From Planctomycetota bacterium (GTDB lineage: Bacteria > Planctomycetota > UBA11346): a DNA stretch of 64,000 bases. The stretch's first letter is position 1. Every line of letters begins with the position of its first letter. The stretch spans positions 287,314 to 351,313 of the forward strand of contig JBBRLJ010000001.1 in assembly GCA_038231435.1 (NCBI GenBank). The letters are read 5' to 3'. Positions 1 to 9,123 of this stretch are shown here, piece after piece. A program made the position numbers and the translations under genes. The notes below the pieces were generated by a model, which was not told the origin of the DNA, made no database searches, and was given only the letters and a program-made list of their open reading frames with translations.

Positions 1-1
1 C

Positions 2-355
2 GCCAGCGACGCCTTCCACGCGGTCGGCTTCGCGGATCTGGTGTTCAAGCGCCTGAGAGACGGCGGCATCCTGGTCGCGCCGCTCGGTTGTCCGACCTTC
101 GATTCAGACCATTGCCGCGGCACCCTGCGCAAGCTCGGCGAAAAGTTCCCCAGCCCACGCGTCTACCTGATGACCATCCCGAGCTTTCCGGGCGGACAGT
201 GGGCGGTGGCGTGGTGCTCGATCGGCGCCAAGCCCGAGCTGGTGCCCGCGACCGCGGCAGTCAGCTCGGACCTGCGCTGCTGGCATCCCGGACTGCAGGC
301 CGGCATGTTCGCGCTGCCGCGCAATGTGCAGAGCCAGCTCGGGCTGTCGCGCTGA
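2..355 (+). CDS. speE: Spermidine synthase (polyamine aminopropyltransferase), 3' end; partial at window edge
   Basis: C-terminal motifs L..GGILV, IPSFPGGQW and H...AGMFALP match SpeE; frame is open from the window start. Confidence 0.8.
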   Translation, partial: ASDAFHAVGFADLVFKRLRDGGILVAPLGCPTFDSDHCRGTLRKLGEKFPSPRVYLMTIPSFPGGQWAVAWCSIGAKPELVPATAAVSSDLRCWHPGLQAGMFALPRNVQSQLGLSR

Positions 356-361
356 CTATCG

Positions 362-536
362 GTTGTGGGGCTACGGCCCTGCGCGCGATGGTTGCCCAAA
401 AAGGCATTCGAGAATCGCTACGCGATTCCACCCCAACATCTCGCTGCCTCTACCGACTGGGGCCTCATGCCGCCTCTGCCCCCTTGGAAGAATCGGTCAG
501 TGTGAGTTGGGAGCAGGCGCCGTTGGCGCTGCTCGA
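362..536 (-). repeat. Palindromic intergenic element family A, long form
   Basis: Reverse complement reads TCGAGCAGCGCCAACGGCGCCTGCTC...GATGTTGGGG.GAATCGCGTAGCGATTC...GGGCCGTAGCCCCACAAC and aligns with 11958-12105. Confidence 0.85.
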
Positions 537-584
537 CTGTCAGAGCCATGACTCCGTGGCCTGCAGGATGAACTCCCTATCGCC

Positions 585-1676
585 TCAGATCATCTCGAGT
601 CCATCACGATCCGGCAGCTTCGGAAACGGCGCCGCCGGCAGCGTCTGGTACCAGAACGCCACCGACGAGATGTCGTCCTGCAGCGGCAGGTAGCGGCCCT
701 CGCTGCGCCAGCCGAGCGCCTGGATGGTGACGCGCAGATCCTTCTCGAAGCGGATCGGATCGGGGATGTGCCAGCGATACAGGCCGAAGCGCTGCTGCGA
801 GCGGTACAGCCCATCGGGCCTGATCACCTGCGGCATGCCGACGTAGGGCGTGGCGAATTCCTGGTACTGGCGCTTGTCCTTCGGACCGGCCTCGAAGTTG
901 TATGAGCCGCAGAAATAATCCTCGGTGCCGGTGCCGCAGTTGGTGGGGAATTCGCCGTCGCCATCGATGTAGAACTTGATCTCGCCCTCTCCCCACCATC
1001 CGGTGTTGTTGACGCCCCACACCATGTATGTGCCCACGTACTGGCCGTGGCCCTTCACGCCGTCGACAATGGTGTAGACCTGCTTGTACGGCAGCGGATT
1101 GGCGCGGCGGAACTGGGCGTGGAAATACGCCGAATCGGCGGGCACCTCGGTGAGCGCGTAGTCGATCTGGAAGTAGACGTTCGACGGCGTGACGTTCAGG
1201 TTCTCGAGGGTGATCGTGCAGTGCTTCCTGAACGGCATCTCCCAGTAGCAGTTGAGCGCGCTGCCTGGATTGAAGCAGACCGCCTGCGAAGCGAAGTAGC
1301 CGCCATCAGGGCCCAGGGTGCATGCGAAGAAATCGCCGACCGGGCATTCGACCGATGGCTGCTCCTGGCCGTCCCAGTGGATGCGCAGGATGAGATGGCG
1401 CCAATTGCCGACCGGCGTCATCCAGATGTGCTGGATCGCGCCGGGACCGGCGATGTCGGCCAGGACGTGCCGCTCGCCCGGCTTAATGGTCACGAAGGGG
1501 TTGATCTTCCAGCCTCGGCCGAGGTCCCTGGCGCACGACGAGGCCACGCCCTCGCTGGCCATGCCGCCGGCGCCCTTGGCCCCGGTCGGGTTCTCGGCGC
1601 TGATCGAGCGCGACTTGGCGCGCGAGAGGCGCGCCAGATTACCGAGGTTGGTGCCCAAACCGTTGAAGTCAGCCAT
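585..1676 (-). CDS. DUF2961 / glycoside hydrolase family 172 protein
   Basis: SRSISAENPTG, GPGAIQHIWMT, WWGEGEIKFYIDGD, GTGTEDYF and YRWHIPDPIRF motifs; ATG at 1676 with GGAG upstream. Confidence 0.88.
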   Translation of the reverse strand: MADFNGLGTNLGNLARLSRAKSRSISAENPTGAKGAGGMASEGVASSCARDLGRGWKINPFVTIKPGERHVLADIAGPGAIQHIWMTPVGNWRHLILRIHWDGQEQPSVECPVGDFFACTLGPDGGYFASQAVCFNPGSALNCYWEMPFRKHCTITLENLNVTPSNVYFQIDYALTEVPADSAYFHAQFRRANPLPYKQVYTIVDGVKGHGQYVGTYMVWGVNNTGWWGEGEIKFYIDGDGEFPTNCGTGTEDYFCGSYNFEAGPKDKRQYQEFATPYVGMPQVIRPDGLYRSQQRFGLYRWHIPDPIRFEKDLRVTIQALGWRSEGRYLPLQDDISSVAFWYQTLPAAPFPKLPDRDGLEMI

Positions 1677-1816
1677 GGTCGCTCCGGAGTCGAGTGGGTG
1701 AGGAAGCACAGAGAGTGTGGTGGATGCTGATGACACTTGCAGACTACGCACGTATTACGGTGATTTAAATGGCATGGATTCGGAAATAGGGGTGGTATCT
1801 TATGCCCAGAGGCCCA

Positions 1817-2638
1817 ATGGAACCCCTGCGCATCTTCTATTCCGAGCCGCCGCTCGACAACGACGAGATCGCGCTGCACGCGCTCGGCATCCGCGAATGG
1901 ATGCCGGCACAGATGATCAACCGGCCCTCGGGAACCGGCGACTACCTGTTCATGCACTTCCACCAGGAGACGGTCATCGGCGTGCCGAGCGGAGCGCAGC
2001 CGTTTCCCGCGCACACCCTGATGGTGTGGGGTCCGTTGGACGGGCATCTCTACGGGCAGACGGCGGCCAAGTGGTGCCATTCGTGGATGCACGTCGAAGG
2101 TCGCGCGGTCGCGCGCGCGCTCGATGCCGCCGGTGTACCGCTCGCCACGCCGATCACCGGCGTCGACCCGCGCATACTCGAGGGCTGCGTGTCGCTGATC
2201 CACGGAGAGGTGCGACGCAACGCCCGCGCCGACGAGGTGATCGTCGCCAACCTGCTCGACATCCTCGCGCGGGAGATCGGGCGGGTGGCGAACGCTCGCG
2301 GCGCGCCGAGCGTGCCCTCGCGCTGGCTCGACCTGCGTCGCCATCTCGAGGAATGCTTTGCCGAGCCGATGCGCCTGAAGGATCTCGCCAAGCGCGCTGG
2401 CTGCTCGGTGCCCCACTTCTGCGCAGAGTTCAAGCGCCACTTCCGCTGCTCGGCGATCGAATTCGTCATCCGCCAGCGCATGCACCGTGCGCGCATGCTG
2501 CTGCGCAACCGCAACACCACCGTCACCGACGTGGCCGAAGCGGTGGGCTACGACGATATCCACCACTTCTCCAAGCTCTTCCGCAAGCACCACGGCATGC
2601 CGCCGAGCGAGATGCGCGAGATGCTGGTCGCCGGCTGA
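1817..2638 (+). CDS. AraC-family transcriptional regulator, divergent from the GH172 gene
   Basis: C-terminal double HTH (VAEAVGYDDIHHFSKLFRKHHGMPP); alternative start at 1802. Confidence 0.92.
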   Translation: MEPLRIFYSEPPLDNDEIALHALGIREWMPAQMINRPSGTGDYLFMHFHQETVIGVPSGAQPFPAHTLMVWGPLDGHLYGQTAAKWCHSWMHVEGRAVARALDAAGVPLATPITGVDPRILEGCVSLIHGEVRRNARADEVIVANLLDILAREIGRVANARGAPSVPSRWLDLRRHLEECFAEPMRLKDLAKRAGCSVPHFCAEFKRHFRCSAIEFVIRQRMHRARMLLRNRNTTVTDVAEAVGYDDIHHFSKLFRKHHGMPPSEMREMLVAG

Positions 2639-2646
2639 ACCGCGTC

Positions 2647-3531
2647 TCAGACCCGTGCCGGCTCAAATCCCCGCCAGACATGCCCCTGCATCATCCGCCA
2701 CAGCCTGCTCGCGTCGATCCAGCGCGACGGACCAGCGCTATCATCGCCGCGTGGCTCGGGCACGCCCGCGGCGCGCGCCAAGGACGCATAATACTCGCGC
2801 GCGGTGATGCGCAGCGGAGATGCCGCGTTGAGGATGCCGGTGCCGAGCCCGCCGCCGCCGACGGCACTGTCTCCGATGCCTGAATTGCCTCCCTGGCCGA
2901 CGAGCGCCTCGACGCACAGCTCGGCGCAATCCAGCTCGTGCAGGAAGCTGAAGGGCCTGGAGAGAACCCCGCGCACGCTGCCATCGCCCGAGCGCAGCCG
3001 CTCCAACGCGTGCTGCCGGGTCGGACCGATCAGCGCGGGCATGCGCAGGACCAGCGCTCCGCCATGCGCGAGCACCGCCGTCTCGATCGCGAGCAGCCCG
3101 GCGATCGCCGGATCGGCGGCATCGACCTGGCCGTCCTCATTCACATCCGCGCCGCCCGCGTCGGCGTACACCGCGGTGGTGCCGGTATAGACCAGGCGCG
3201 TGCCCGGCAGGAATCTGCCCACCAGGCGCGCCGCGCGCTCGAGGCCGTTGTCCCGGCCACGACGCAACCCGGGATTGGCCGCGAGCAGCACCGCATGGAA
3301 TGGCGGACCCGGTTCGACTCCGGATCCGACATGGTCCTCCCAGGATTCGCCCATCAGCATGGCGATCTCGCTCCACCAGCCGGGATCGGCGATGTCGCCA
3401 GGGACGATGCGGAAGCCGGCTTCCAGGGGCAGGGGCTGGCGGCGTACCCCGAGCACGTGGTGGCCATCGGCCACCAGCAAGCCGCCCACCAACGTGCCGA
3501 TGGTGCCGCAGCCGAGGATCAGGACATTCAT
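2647..3531 (-). CDS. NAD(P)-binding atypical SDR/epimerase-like protein (YeeZ-like)
   Basis: N-terminal Rossmann motif MNVLILGCGTIG; YTGTTAVY; LVLRMPALIGP. Confidence 0.8.
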   Translation of the reverse strand: MNVLILGCGTIGTLVGGLLVADGHHVLGVRRQPLPLEAGFRIVPGDIADPGWWSEIAMLMGESWEDHVGSGVEPGPPFHAVLLAANPGLRRGRDNGLERAARLVGRFLPGTRLVYTGTTAVYADAGGADVNEDGQVDAADPAIAGLLAIETAVLAHGGALVLRMPALIGPTRQHALERLRSGDGSVRGVLSRPFSFLHELDCAELCVEALVGQGGNSGIGDSAVGGGGLGTGILNAASPLRITAREYYASLARAAGVPEPRGDDSAGPSRWIDASRLWRMMQGHVWRGFEPARV

Positions 3532-3665
3532 GCGATACCCTGGAAATGCACCTGGGGCATCCTCGCTCCGCGCCGCCGGCGGCAAGCCATCGCGAGCCGA
3601 TTCCGGACGCCCATGGAACCATCCGCCGCTCCGGCCGTCCAACCGTCTCCATCCCAGGAAGCGCC

Positions 3666-5009
3666 ATGATCCCAGCTCGCCTCGCAATGGTCTCCCTCGC
3701 TCTCGGTTGTGTCCTCCCCGCCGCCAGCCCAGCCGCCGAGCACGCCCCCGACCTCGGGCCTCGCTGCGAACTGCCGATCACCTTGGCCGTGCCGCCTGGC
3801 AAGACCCGGGAGAAGCTCCCAGTCCTCACCATGTGTCGCCTCCCCGAGGGCTACCAGCGTCGGATCCAGCAGGTGCGCGGAGGCCGGATGGACAGCGAGC
3901 CCAAGTGGCTCGATCTGGTGCCCGAGCGTGCGCTCTACGAGCATCTGCTCGCGCGCGACGGTGATCCGGCCGCCGTGATGGTACCCGGCGACGACCGCAG
4001 CACGGTGGCGATGGTCACCATCCCCGCCGACGCCAGGCCGGTCGACCTGATACGCGACGGCTCGACATTCACCATCCGCTGCGATGCCCTGATGAAGCCG
4101 GTCGAGCACGACGCCGACGCCACGCCCATGCCGACGCGCCAGGTCTACGCAGTGGAACTGGGCCGCCTGCCCGCCGGAGCCTACCGCTGCGATCTGTCGA
4201 TCACCTGGAGGGAAGGCCAGGATGCCGGCTCCCCATTTTTCAAGGTCGCGCGCGTCGCGAGCGGATCGCTACCATTCAGCGTGCTGGACACGGCTGCGCC
4301 GGACGGTCCGTCACAGCCGCCGGCGATGCCCAGCCTGGATGACGGTGCGCTCGTCGGCGATGGCTCATCCGCCGCGAAGCCCGGCCAGCCGATGTGGCAG
4401 ATCCCACGCTGCGTGACACGTCCCCTGGCCGACTCCTTAGCCGACGAGGGCCTGATGGGCGTTGGCGGCGTCGATCTGACCACGCTGGGAGCCGATCCCA
4501 TCGACCTGCCGGTCCTCGTTCCCGTGGATGCCACCGGCGCCACCACCGGCACGCTCGTCGCCGAGATCGTCGGCCCCACGCTCGACAGCGGCCAATGGCT
4601 GCGCGTGCGTTCGGTCGAGATGGCGTTGGGCACCTGGACCGTGACCGTCGAGACCTGGCGCGACAACGCCGGCCGCGACAAGAACGTCCGTCATCGCGAG
4701 GTGCTGCTGATCCCGCTCGAACTCCCACATGGCGGCCTCGCCCAGGCGCCACGCGTCGAGCTGCGCTGGCGATCCCTGCTGTCCGACCAGCCAGGCGGCA
4801 GCTACCGCGAGATCCTCGTCCGCAACCACCCCGCCGTACCCCACGCCATCTCCGCCTCCCCGCCATCCGTCACCGCCGACGCGCACGGCCAACGCCAGCT
4901 CCCCCCGCTGAGCAACAACCCCGTCCCCTCGACCGCCCATCCCACCGACCACGCCCCCATCCGCGCGACCGCCCCCACAGAATCCAAGCCGCCGACCAAC
5001 GACTTCTAA
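3666..5009 (+). CDS. Secreted hypothetical protein with a Pro-rich tail
   Basis: Signal-peptide-like N-terminus (MIPARLAMVSLALGCVLPAASPA), beta-rich body, Pro/Thr-rich C-terminus ending NDF. Confidence 0.7.
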   Translation: MIPARLAMVSLALGCVLPAASPAAEHAPDLGPRCELPITLAVPPGKTREKLPVLTMCRLPEGYQRRIQQVRGGRMDSEPKWLDLVPERALYEHLLARDGDPAAVMVPGDDRSTVAMVTIPADARPVDLIRDGSTFTIRCDALMKPVEHDADATPMPTRQVYAVELGRLPAGAYRCDLSITWREGQDAGSPFFKVARVASGSLPFSVLDTAAPDGPSQPPAMPSLDDGALVGDGSSAAKPGQPMWQIPRCVTRPLADSLADEGLMGVGGVDLTTLGADPIDLPVLVPVDATGATTGTLVAEIVGPTLDSGQWLRVRSVEMALGTWTVTVETWRDNAGRDKNVRHREVLLIPLELPHGGLAQAPRVELRWRSLLSDQPGGSYREILVRNHPAVPHAISASPPSVTADAHGQRQLPPLSNNPVPSTAHPTDHAPIRATAPTESKPPTNDF

Positions 5010-5010
5010 T

Positions 5011-5133
5011 TCGAGCAGCACGCAGCGCCTTGCTCGTATAGCAGCGCGCAGCGCTCTGCTCCCATCCCGCCAAGCTCCCCGCCTCCTGGGGGGCAGCGCG
5101 ACGCGCGATGTTGGGGGGCCGTAGCCCCCCAAC
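5011..5133 (+). repeat. Palindromic element family A, short form with duplicated first hairpin
   Basis: AGCAGCGCGCAGCGCTCTGCTC...CCTGGGGGGCAGCGCG...GATGTTGGGGGGCCGTAGCCCCCCAAC between convergent genes. Confidence 0.88.
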
Positions 5134-6461
5134 TATAAGAGCTTGTCCATCACCACCCGCGCCCGATCCGCATCCGAGCGCAACACGTAGGTGTGGCGCA
5201 GGTCGATCGGGCGATTGAAGCTCGCGAGCAGTTCCGAATGCGCGGTGACGTTCTCGATGATCGGGCGGCCGAGCACGCGGCGCTCGCACAACAGCCGCGT
5301 GCCCGACTCCGCCGTGGCCGCGTCGGCGGCGGGCGTACCTGCGCCGGCGAGATTGGTGAAGTGCTGGCGCGAATGGCGCACGAACACGTGGCAGCCCGCC
5401 TGCTTCAGCGCGCCCACCAGCTCGAGCGCCAGGAAGTTCTCCTGCGCCTCGGCGCCCACGCGTTCTCGCAATACCAGTTTGGCCGGCTCGCGATCGAGGA
5501 TGCGGCGGCTCCAGGGTAGGCCGCGCGCGCGCGCCTCGTGCAGGCGCGTCAGCACGTTGTCGTCGCGCAGCTCGACCAGGTCCTCGACGCCGCGGCCGAG
5601 CGGGAACGCGATCTCGCCTTCGGCGATCGCGCGCTCGAGGTAGTACTCGAACGCCGGCGGCGTCTTGTGGAAATACACCTGCAGGAACATGTGGTACCGC
5701 GCGAGCAGCAGACCTTCGAGGGCGTGCACGCCGTGCGCGTCGAGGCCGAGCTCGGGGCCCTCGGGGCCGGCGAGCACGGTCTCGGTGGCGATCAGCCTCT
5801 GCAGATCGTAGATGCCGTAGGTGACGCCCGAGAAGTGGCTGTCGCGCAGCAGGTAGTCGCAGCGATCGGCGTCGAGCTCGCCACTGACCAGCGCGCGTAG
5901 GATGCCGACCAGGCTGCCCATGGCGATCAGGCGTGGACTGCGGCGGATGGTGCGAGACAGGACTGCCGCCACGTCGCGCGCCATGGGCTCATCGAGCACG
6001 CCGGCGGCCGCCAGACCGTGGATGAGCGCGAGCGAGCAATCCTCGTGGGTGGCTTGGCGGTCGGACGGCCTCAGGCCATCGCGGTACCAGTCGACGGGCA
6101 GCAGCACGTGCTCGACCATCGGCAGGTAGGCCTCGGCGGTATGGCTGAAGGGCGGATGACCGACGTCGTGGAGCAGGCCGGCGTAGCGCAGCACCTGGTA
6201 GGCGTATTCGAGATCGGCGGACGAGTAGCCATCGAAGCCCTTCGGCTTCGCGGCCATCAGGTGCCGGAAGCGCTCGCCCGCGAGGTGCATGACCCCGAGC
6301 GAATGCTGGAAGCGGTCGTGGACCGCGCCGGGGTAGACCATGCTCACGAAGCCAAGCTGCCGGATGTGGCGTAGGCGCTGGACCCAGGGATGGTCGACGA
6401 CCGGACGCTCGGCCTCGGTGATGATGATCGTCCGATGGATGGGATCGCGGATCTCGTACAT
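5133..6461 (-). CDS. HD-domain phosphohydrolase (dNTP triphosphohydrolase/SAMHD1-like family)
   Basis: RDPIH, QRLRHIRQLG, RFQHSLG, LLHDVGHPPFSH and DADRCDYLLRD motifs. Confidence 0.92.
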   Translation of the reverse strand: MYEIRDPIHRTIIITEAERPVVDHPWVQRLRHIRQLGFVSMVYPGAVHDRFQHSLGVMHLAGERFRHLMAAKPKGFDGYSSADLEYAYQVLRYAGLLHDVGHPPFSHTAEAYLPMVEHVLLPVDWYRDGLRPSDRQATHEDCSLALIHGLAAAGVLDEPMARDVAAVLSRTIRRSPRLIAMGSLVGILRALVSGELDADRCDYLLRDSHFSGVTYGIYDLQRLIATETVLAGPEGPELGLDAHGVHALEGLLLARYHMFLQVYFHKTPPAFEYYLERAIAEGEIAFPLGRGVEDLVELRDDNVLTRLHEARARGLPWSRRILDREPAKLVLRERVGAEAQENFLALELVGALKQAGCHVFVRHSRQHFTNLAGAGTPAADAATAESGTRLLCERRVLGRPIIENVTAHSELLASFNRPIDLRHTYVLRSDADRARVVMDKLL

Positions 6462-6627
6462 GGGTCAGTTACAACCTATGGGGGCGGACGTCGTGCGCCA
6501 GATGCGGGCCCCGCATTCTGCCCACGCATGCATTCTCGGCCATCGATGCGTTGAACCAGGGGCAAACCGGACTCCGCGTTTGACTTCCCCTGGTCGCGCC
6601 GGACACCGTGACCGGAGGGGCATCCGC

Positions 6628-8199
6628 ATGGCAAAGATCCTCGTTACCGACGGCATGGCCGTCGAAGGCCTCGACATCCTCAAGCACGGCGGCCACAGCG
6701 TCGACAACCGCAAGGTCGCCGGCGACGAGCTGCTGCGCATCATCAAGGAGTACGACGGCCTGGTGGTGCGCTCCGCGACCCAGGTGACCGAGAAGGTGAT
6801 CAAGGCTGGAGCCCCGACCCTGAAGGTGGTGGGTCGCGCGGGCGTGGGCGTAGACAACGTCGACCTCCCCTCGGCGACCGGCACCGGCGTGATCGTCATG
6901 AACGCTCCGCTCGGCAACATCGTCTCGGCCGCCGAGCACACCATCGGCATGATCTTCGCCGCCGCGCGCATGATCCCCCAGGCCTACGCCAAGCTCGCCA
7001 AGGGCGAGTGGGACAAGAAGAGCTTCACCGGCATCGAACTCGATGGCAAGACTCTCGGCATCGTCGGCCTGGGCAAGATCGGCAAGCACGTCGCCCAGGT
7101 CCTGCAGGCCGCGGGCATGAACGTGATCGCCTTCGATCCGTTCCTGAGCCCCGAGGTGGCCAAGGAGCTGCGCATCGAATCGGTGAGCCTCGAGCAGCTG
7201 CTGCCGCGCGCCGACATCATCACGCTCCATACGCCGTTGACCGAGCAGACCCGCAATCTGATCAACGCCGAGCGCCTGCGCTCGATGAAGAAGACCGCGC
7301 GCATCGTCAACGTCGCCCGCGGCGGCATCATCGACGAGAGCGCGCTCGCCGAGGCGCTCAGGGCGGGGGTCATCGCCGGCGCCGCCATCGACGTGTTCTC
7401 TGAGGAGCCGCTGCCGGCCTCGAGCCCGCTGCACGGCATCCCGACCTGCATCCTCACCCCGCACCTCGGCGCCAGCACCGAGGAGGCGCAGGTGAAGGTC
7501 TCGGTGGATATCGCCAACCAGTTCAACTCCTACTTCGCCAGCGGCAAGATCATCAACGCGGTGAACGTGCAGCTGCGCGTGGACCCGGCGATCGACGGCT
7601 ACCTGGCCGCCGCCGAGGCGCTCGGCGCCGCGGTGGTGCAGACCATCGACGAGCCTCTCAAAGGCCTCGAGATCGTCGCCCGTGGCGATCTGGCGCGCTA
7701 CGACACCAAGCCGCTGGCCACCGCCGCGCTCAAGGGCGCATTGGCCAAGATCAGCGACCAGGTGGTGAACTTCGTCACCGTCGCCCAGGTCGCCAAGGAG
7801 CGCGGCATCACCATCACCAGCTCGTCGAGCGAGCAGGCCGACGAGGACGCGGCCCAGCTCACGGTGAAGGCGATCACCGCCAACGGCGAGCACCTGATCG
7901 GCGGGGCGCTGGTGCACGGCCAGCTGCGCGTGCTGAACTACAACGAGTACCTGATCGACCTGCCGATGGGCGGACACCTGCTGGTGATGGAATACCCGGA
8001 TCGTCCGGGCATGGTCGGCAAGTACGGCTCGATCCTGGGCGCCAACAACATCAACATCGCGCGCATGGAAGTGTCGCGCATCGATGGCCGCGGAGATGCG
8101 CTGGTGATCCTGACCCTCGACGATCCGGTGCCCGCGCCGGTGTTCGAGGAGATCAAGAGCACGGTCAAGCCGAACCGCGCCTACAAGGTGTCGATCTAG
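6628..8199 (+). CDS. serA: D-3-phosphoglycerate dehydrogenase (with ASB and ACT domains)
   Basis: [28 protein letters not shown]-terminal DRPGMVG ACT domain; GGAGG upstream. Confidence 0.96.
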   Translation: MAKILVTDGMAVEGLDILKHGGHSVDNRKVAGDELLRIIKEYDGLVVRSATQVTEKVIKAGAPTLKVVGRAGVGVDNVDLPSATGTGVIVMNAPLGNIVSAAEHTIGMIFAAARMIPQAYAKLAKGEWDKKSFTGIELDGKTLGIVGLGKIGKHVAQVLQAAGMNVIAFDPFLSPEVAKELRIESVSLEQLLPRADIITLHTPLTEQTRNLINAERLRSMKKTARIVNVARGGIIDESALAEALRAGVIAGAAIDVFSEEPLPASSPLHGIPTCILTPHLGASTEEAQVKVSVDIANQFNSYFASGKIINAVNVQLRVDPAIDGYLAAAEALGAAVVQTIDEPLKGLEIVARGDLARYDTKPLATAALKGALAKISDQVVNFVTVAQVAKERGITITSSSSEQADEDAAQLTVKAITANGEHLIGGALVHGQLRVLNYNEYLIDLPMGGHLLVMEYPDRPGMVGKYGSILGANNINIARMEVSRIDGRGDALVILTLDDPVPAPVFEEIKSTVKPNRAYKVSI

Positions 8200-8201
8200 G
8201 A

Positions 8202-8240
8202 AACGTCCGTCGTCGCGTCGTCCGTCATCCGTCATCGACG
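8202..8240 (+). repeat. 24-bp motif AACGTCCGTCGTCGCGTCGTCCGT plus heptamer tail
   Basis: Same motif occurs at 57905 (+, one mismatch) and 58072-58095 (-). Confidence 0.8.
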
Positions 8241-8254
8241 AGCTGGGGAGGAAC

Positions 8255-8830
8255 GTGAACGCTGATGCCCAGGTCGCGAAGGCGCGGAAGAAGCTGGTGC
8301 GGTTGCTGCGGCTCGCGCACGCGGGCGAGCGCGCGGCGGCGTTCGCGTATCGCGGGCACGCGCGCTCGGTGCGCGACGCAGGCGAGCGCGCCGCGATCAC
8401 GCGCATCGAGGCCGAGGAATGGGAGCATCGCGCCTGCCTGGCGGGCATGCTCGCCGGGCTCGGCAGCGGTCCATCACCGCTGCGCGAGCCACTGATGGCG
8501 GCGATCGGCCGCGTCCTCGGCCTGGCCTGCCATGCCAGTGGCTGGTTCCTGCCCATGTACGGCGCCGGCTGGATCGAACGCCGCAACGTCCACGAGTACG
8601 TCGACGCCGCCGTCTTCGCGCGCGCCGCCGGCCTCGAGCACCTGGTGCGCCCCCTGATGGCCATGGCCGAGGTCGAATACGACCACGAACTGTACTTCCG
8701 TGGCCGTGTCGTCGGCCACCCCGGCCTATGCCTGCTCCCACTCTGGCACCAGCTGCCCACTCGCGCAGCGCTGTGGGCCGCCCTCGGCCCCCTCCTTGAG
8801 GAGGTCAATTCATTGGCCACCACCAGCTGA
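8255..8830 (+). CDS. Ferritin-like di-iron protein (COQ7/demethoxyubiquinone hydroxylase-like)
   Basis: HAGERAAAFAYRGH and two ExxH motifs (EEWEH, EYDH); GTG start with GGAGG upstream. Confidence 0.8.
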   Translation: MNADAQVAKARKKLVRLLRLAHAGERAAAFAYRGHARSVRDAGERAAITRIEAEEWEHRACLAGMLAGLGSGPSPLREPLMAAIGRVLGLACHASGWFLPMYGAGWIERRNVHEYVDAAVFARAAGLEHLVRPLMAMAEVEYDHELYFRGRVVGHPGLCLLPLWHQLPTRAALWAALGPLLEEVNSLATTS

Positions 8831-8860
8831 TCGAATCTTCCAGTCCCCGAGCGACACCAT

Positions 8861-9035
8861 CCCCCGGGGGCCCCATCGCCCCGCGATGGGGCGGGCGCCG
8901 AGGGGCGGTCGGCGGAAACAATGGGCGTAGCCCATCCGCCGACGATTTCGTAGCGAAGCGGAGAAATCGAGCTCCGACAAAGCCCGTGGGGTAGGCCCAT
9001 CGGGCCGTAGGGGCGAAGCCCCTGAACAAAAAGCA
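8861..9035 (+). repeat. Structured dispersed element family B, copy 1
   Basis: Collinear with 35517-35687 and with the reverse complement of 50870-51043; compensatory stem changes between copies. Confidence 0.88.
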
Positions 9036-9123
9036 CGCAGTGAGATCCACGGTTGTCGCCCACCTGCGCAGCCGAGCGTGGTCAGGGCCCCCATTCCAGG
9101 CACGATCCACGCTCCACACCGCC

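Noticed and set aside
5133..6461. HD protein as an anti-phage dNTPase or Cas3-like nuclease
   Set aside because: Housekeeping context with no helicase, cas or defence genes nearby.
8861..9035. Known riboswitch or ribozyme identity for family B
   Set aside because: No hammerhead, TPP, SAM or ZTP consensus was recognised, and the copies have inconsistent orientation relative to neighbouring genes.
6469..9063. 864-aa minus-strand ORF and similar long antisense ORFs (13303-14844, 35727-37202, 44511-46748, 54624-56537)
   Set aside because: Shadow ORFs opposite well-supported genes, expected with high GC3; no recognisable motifs.
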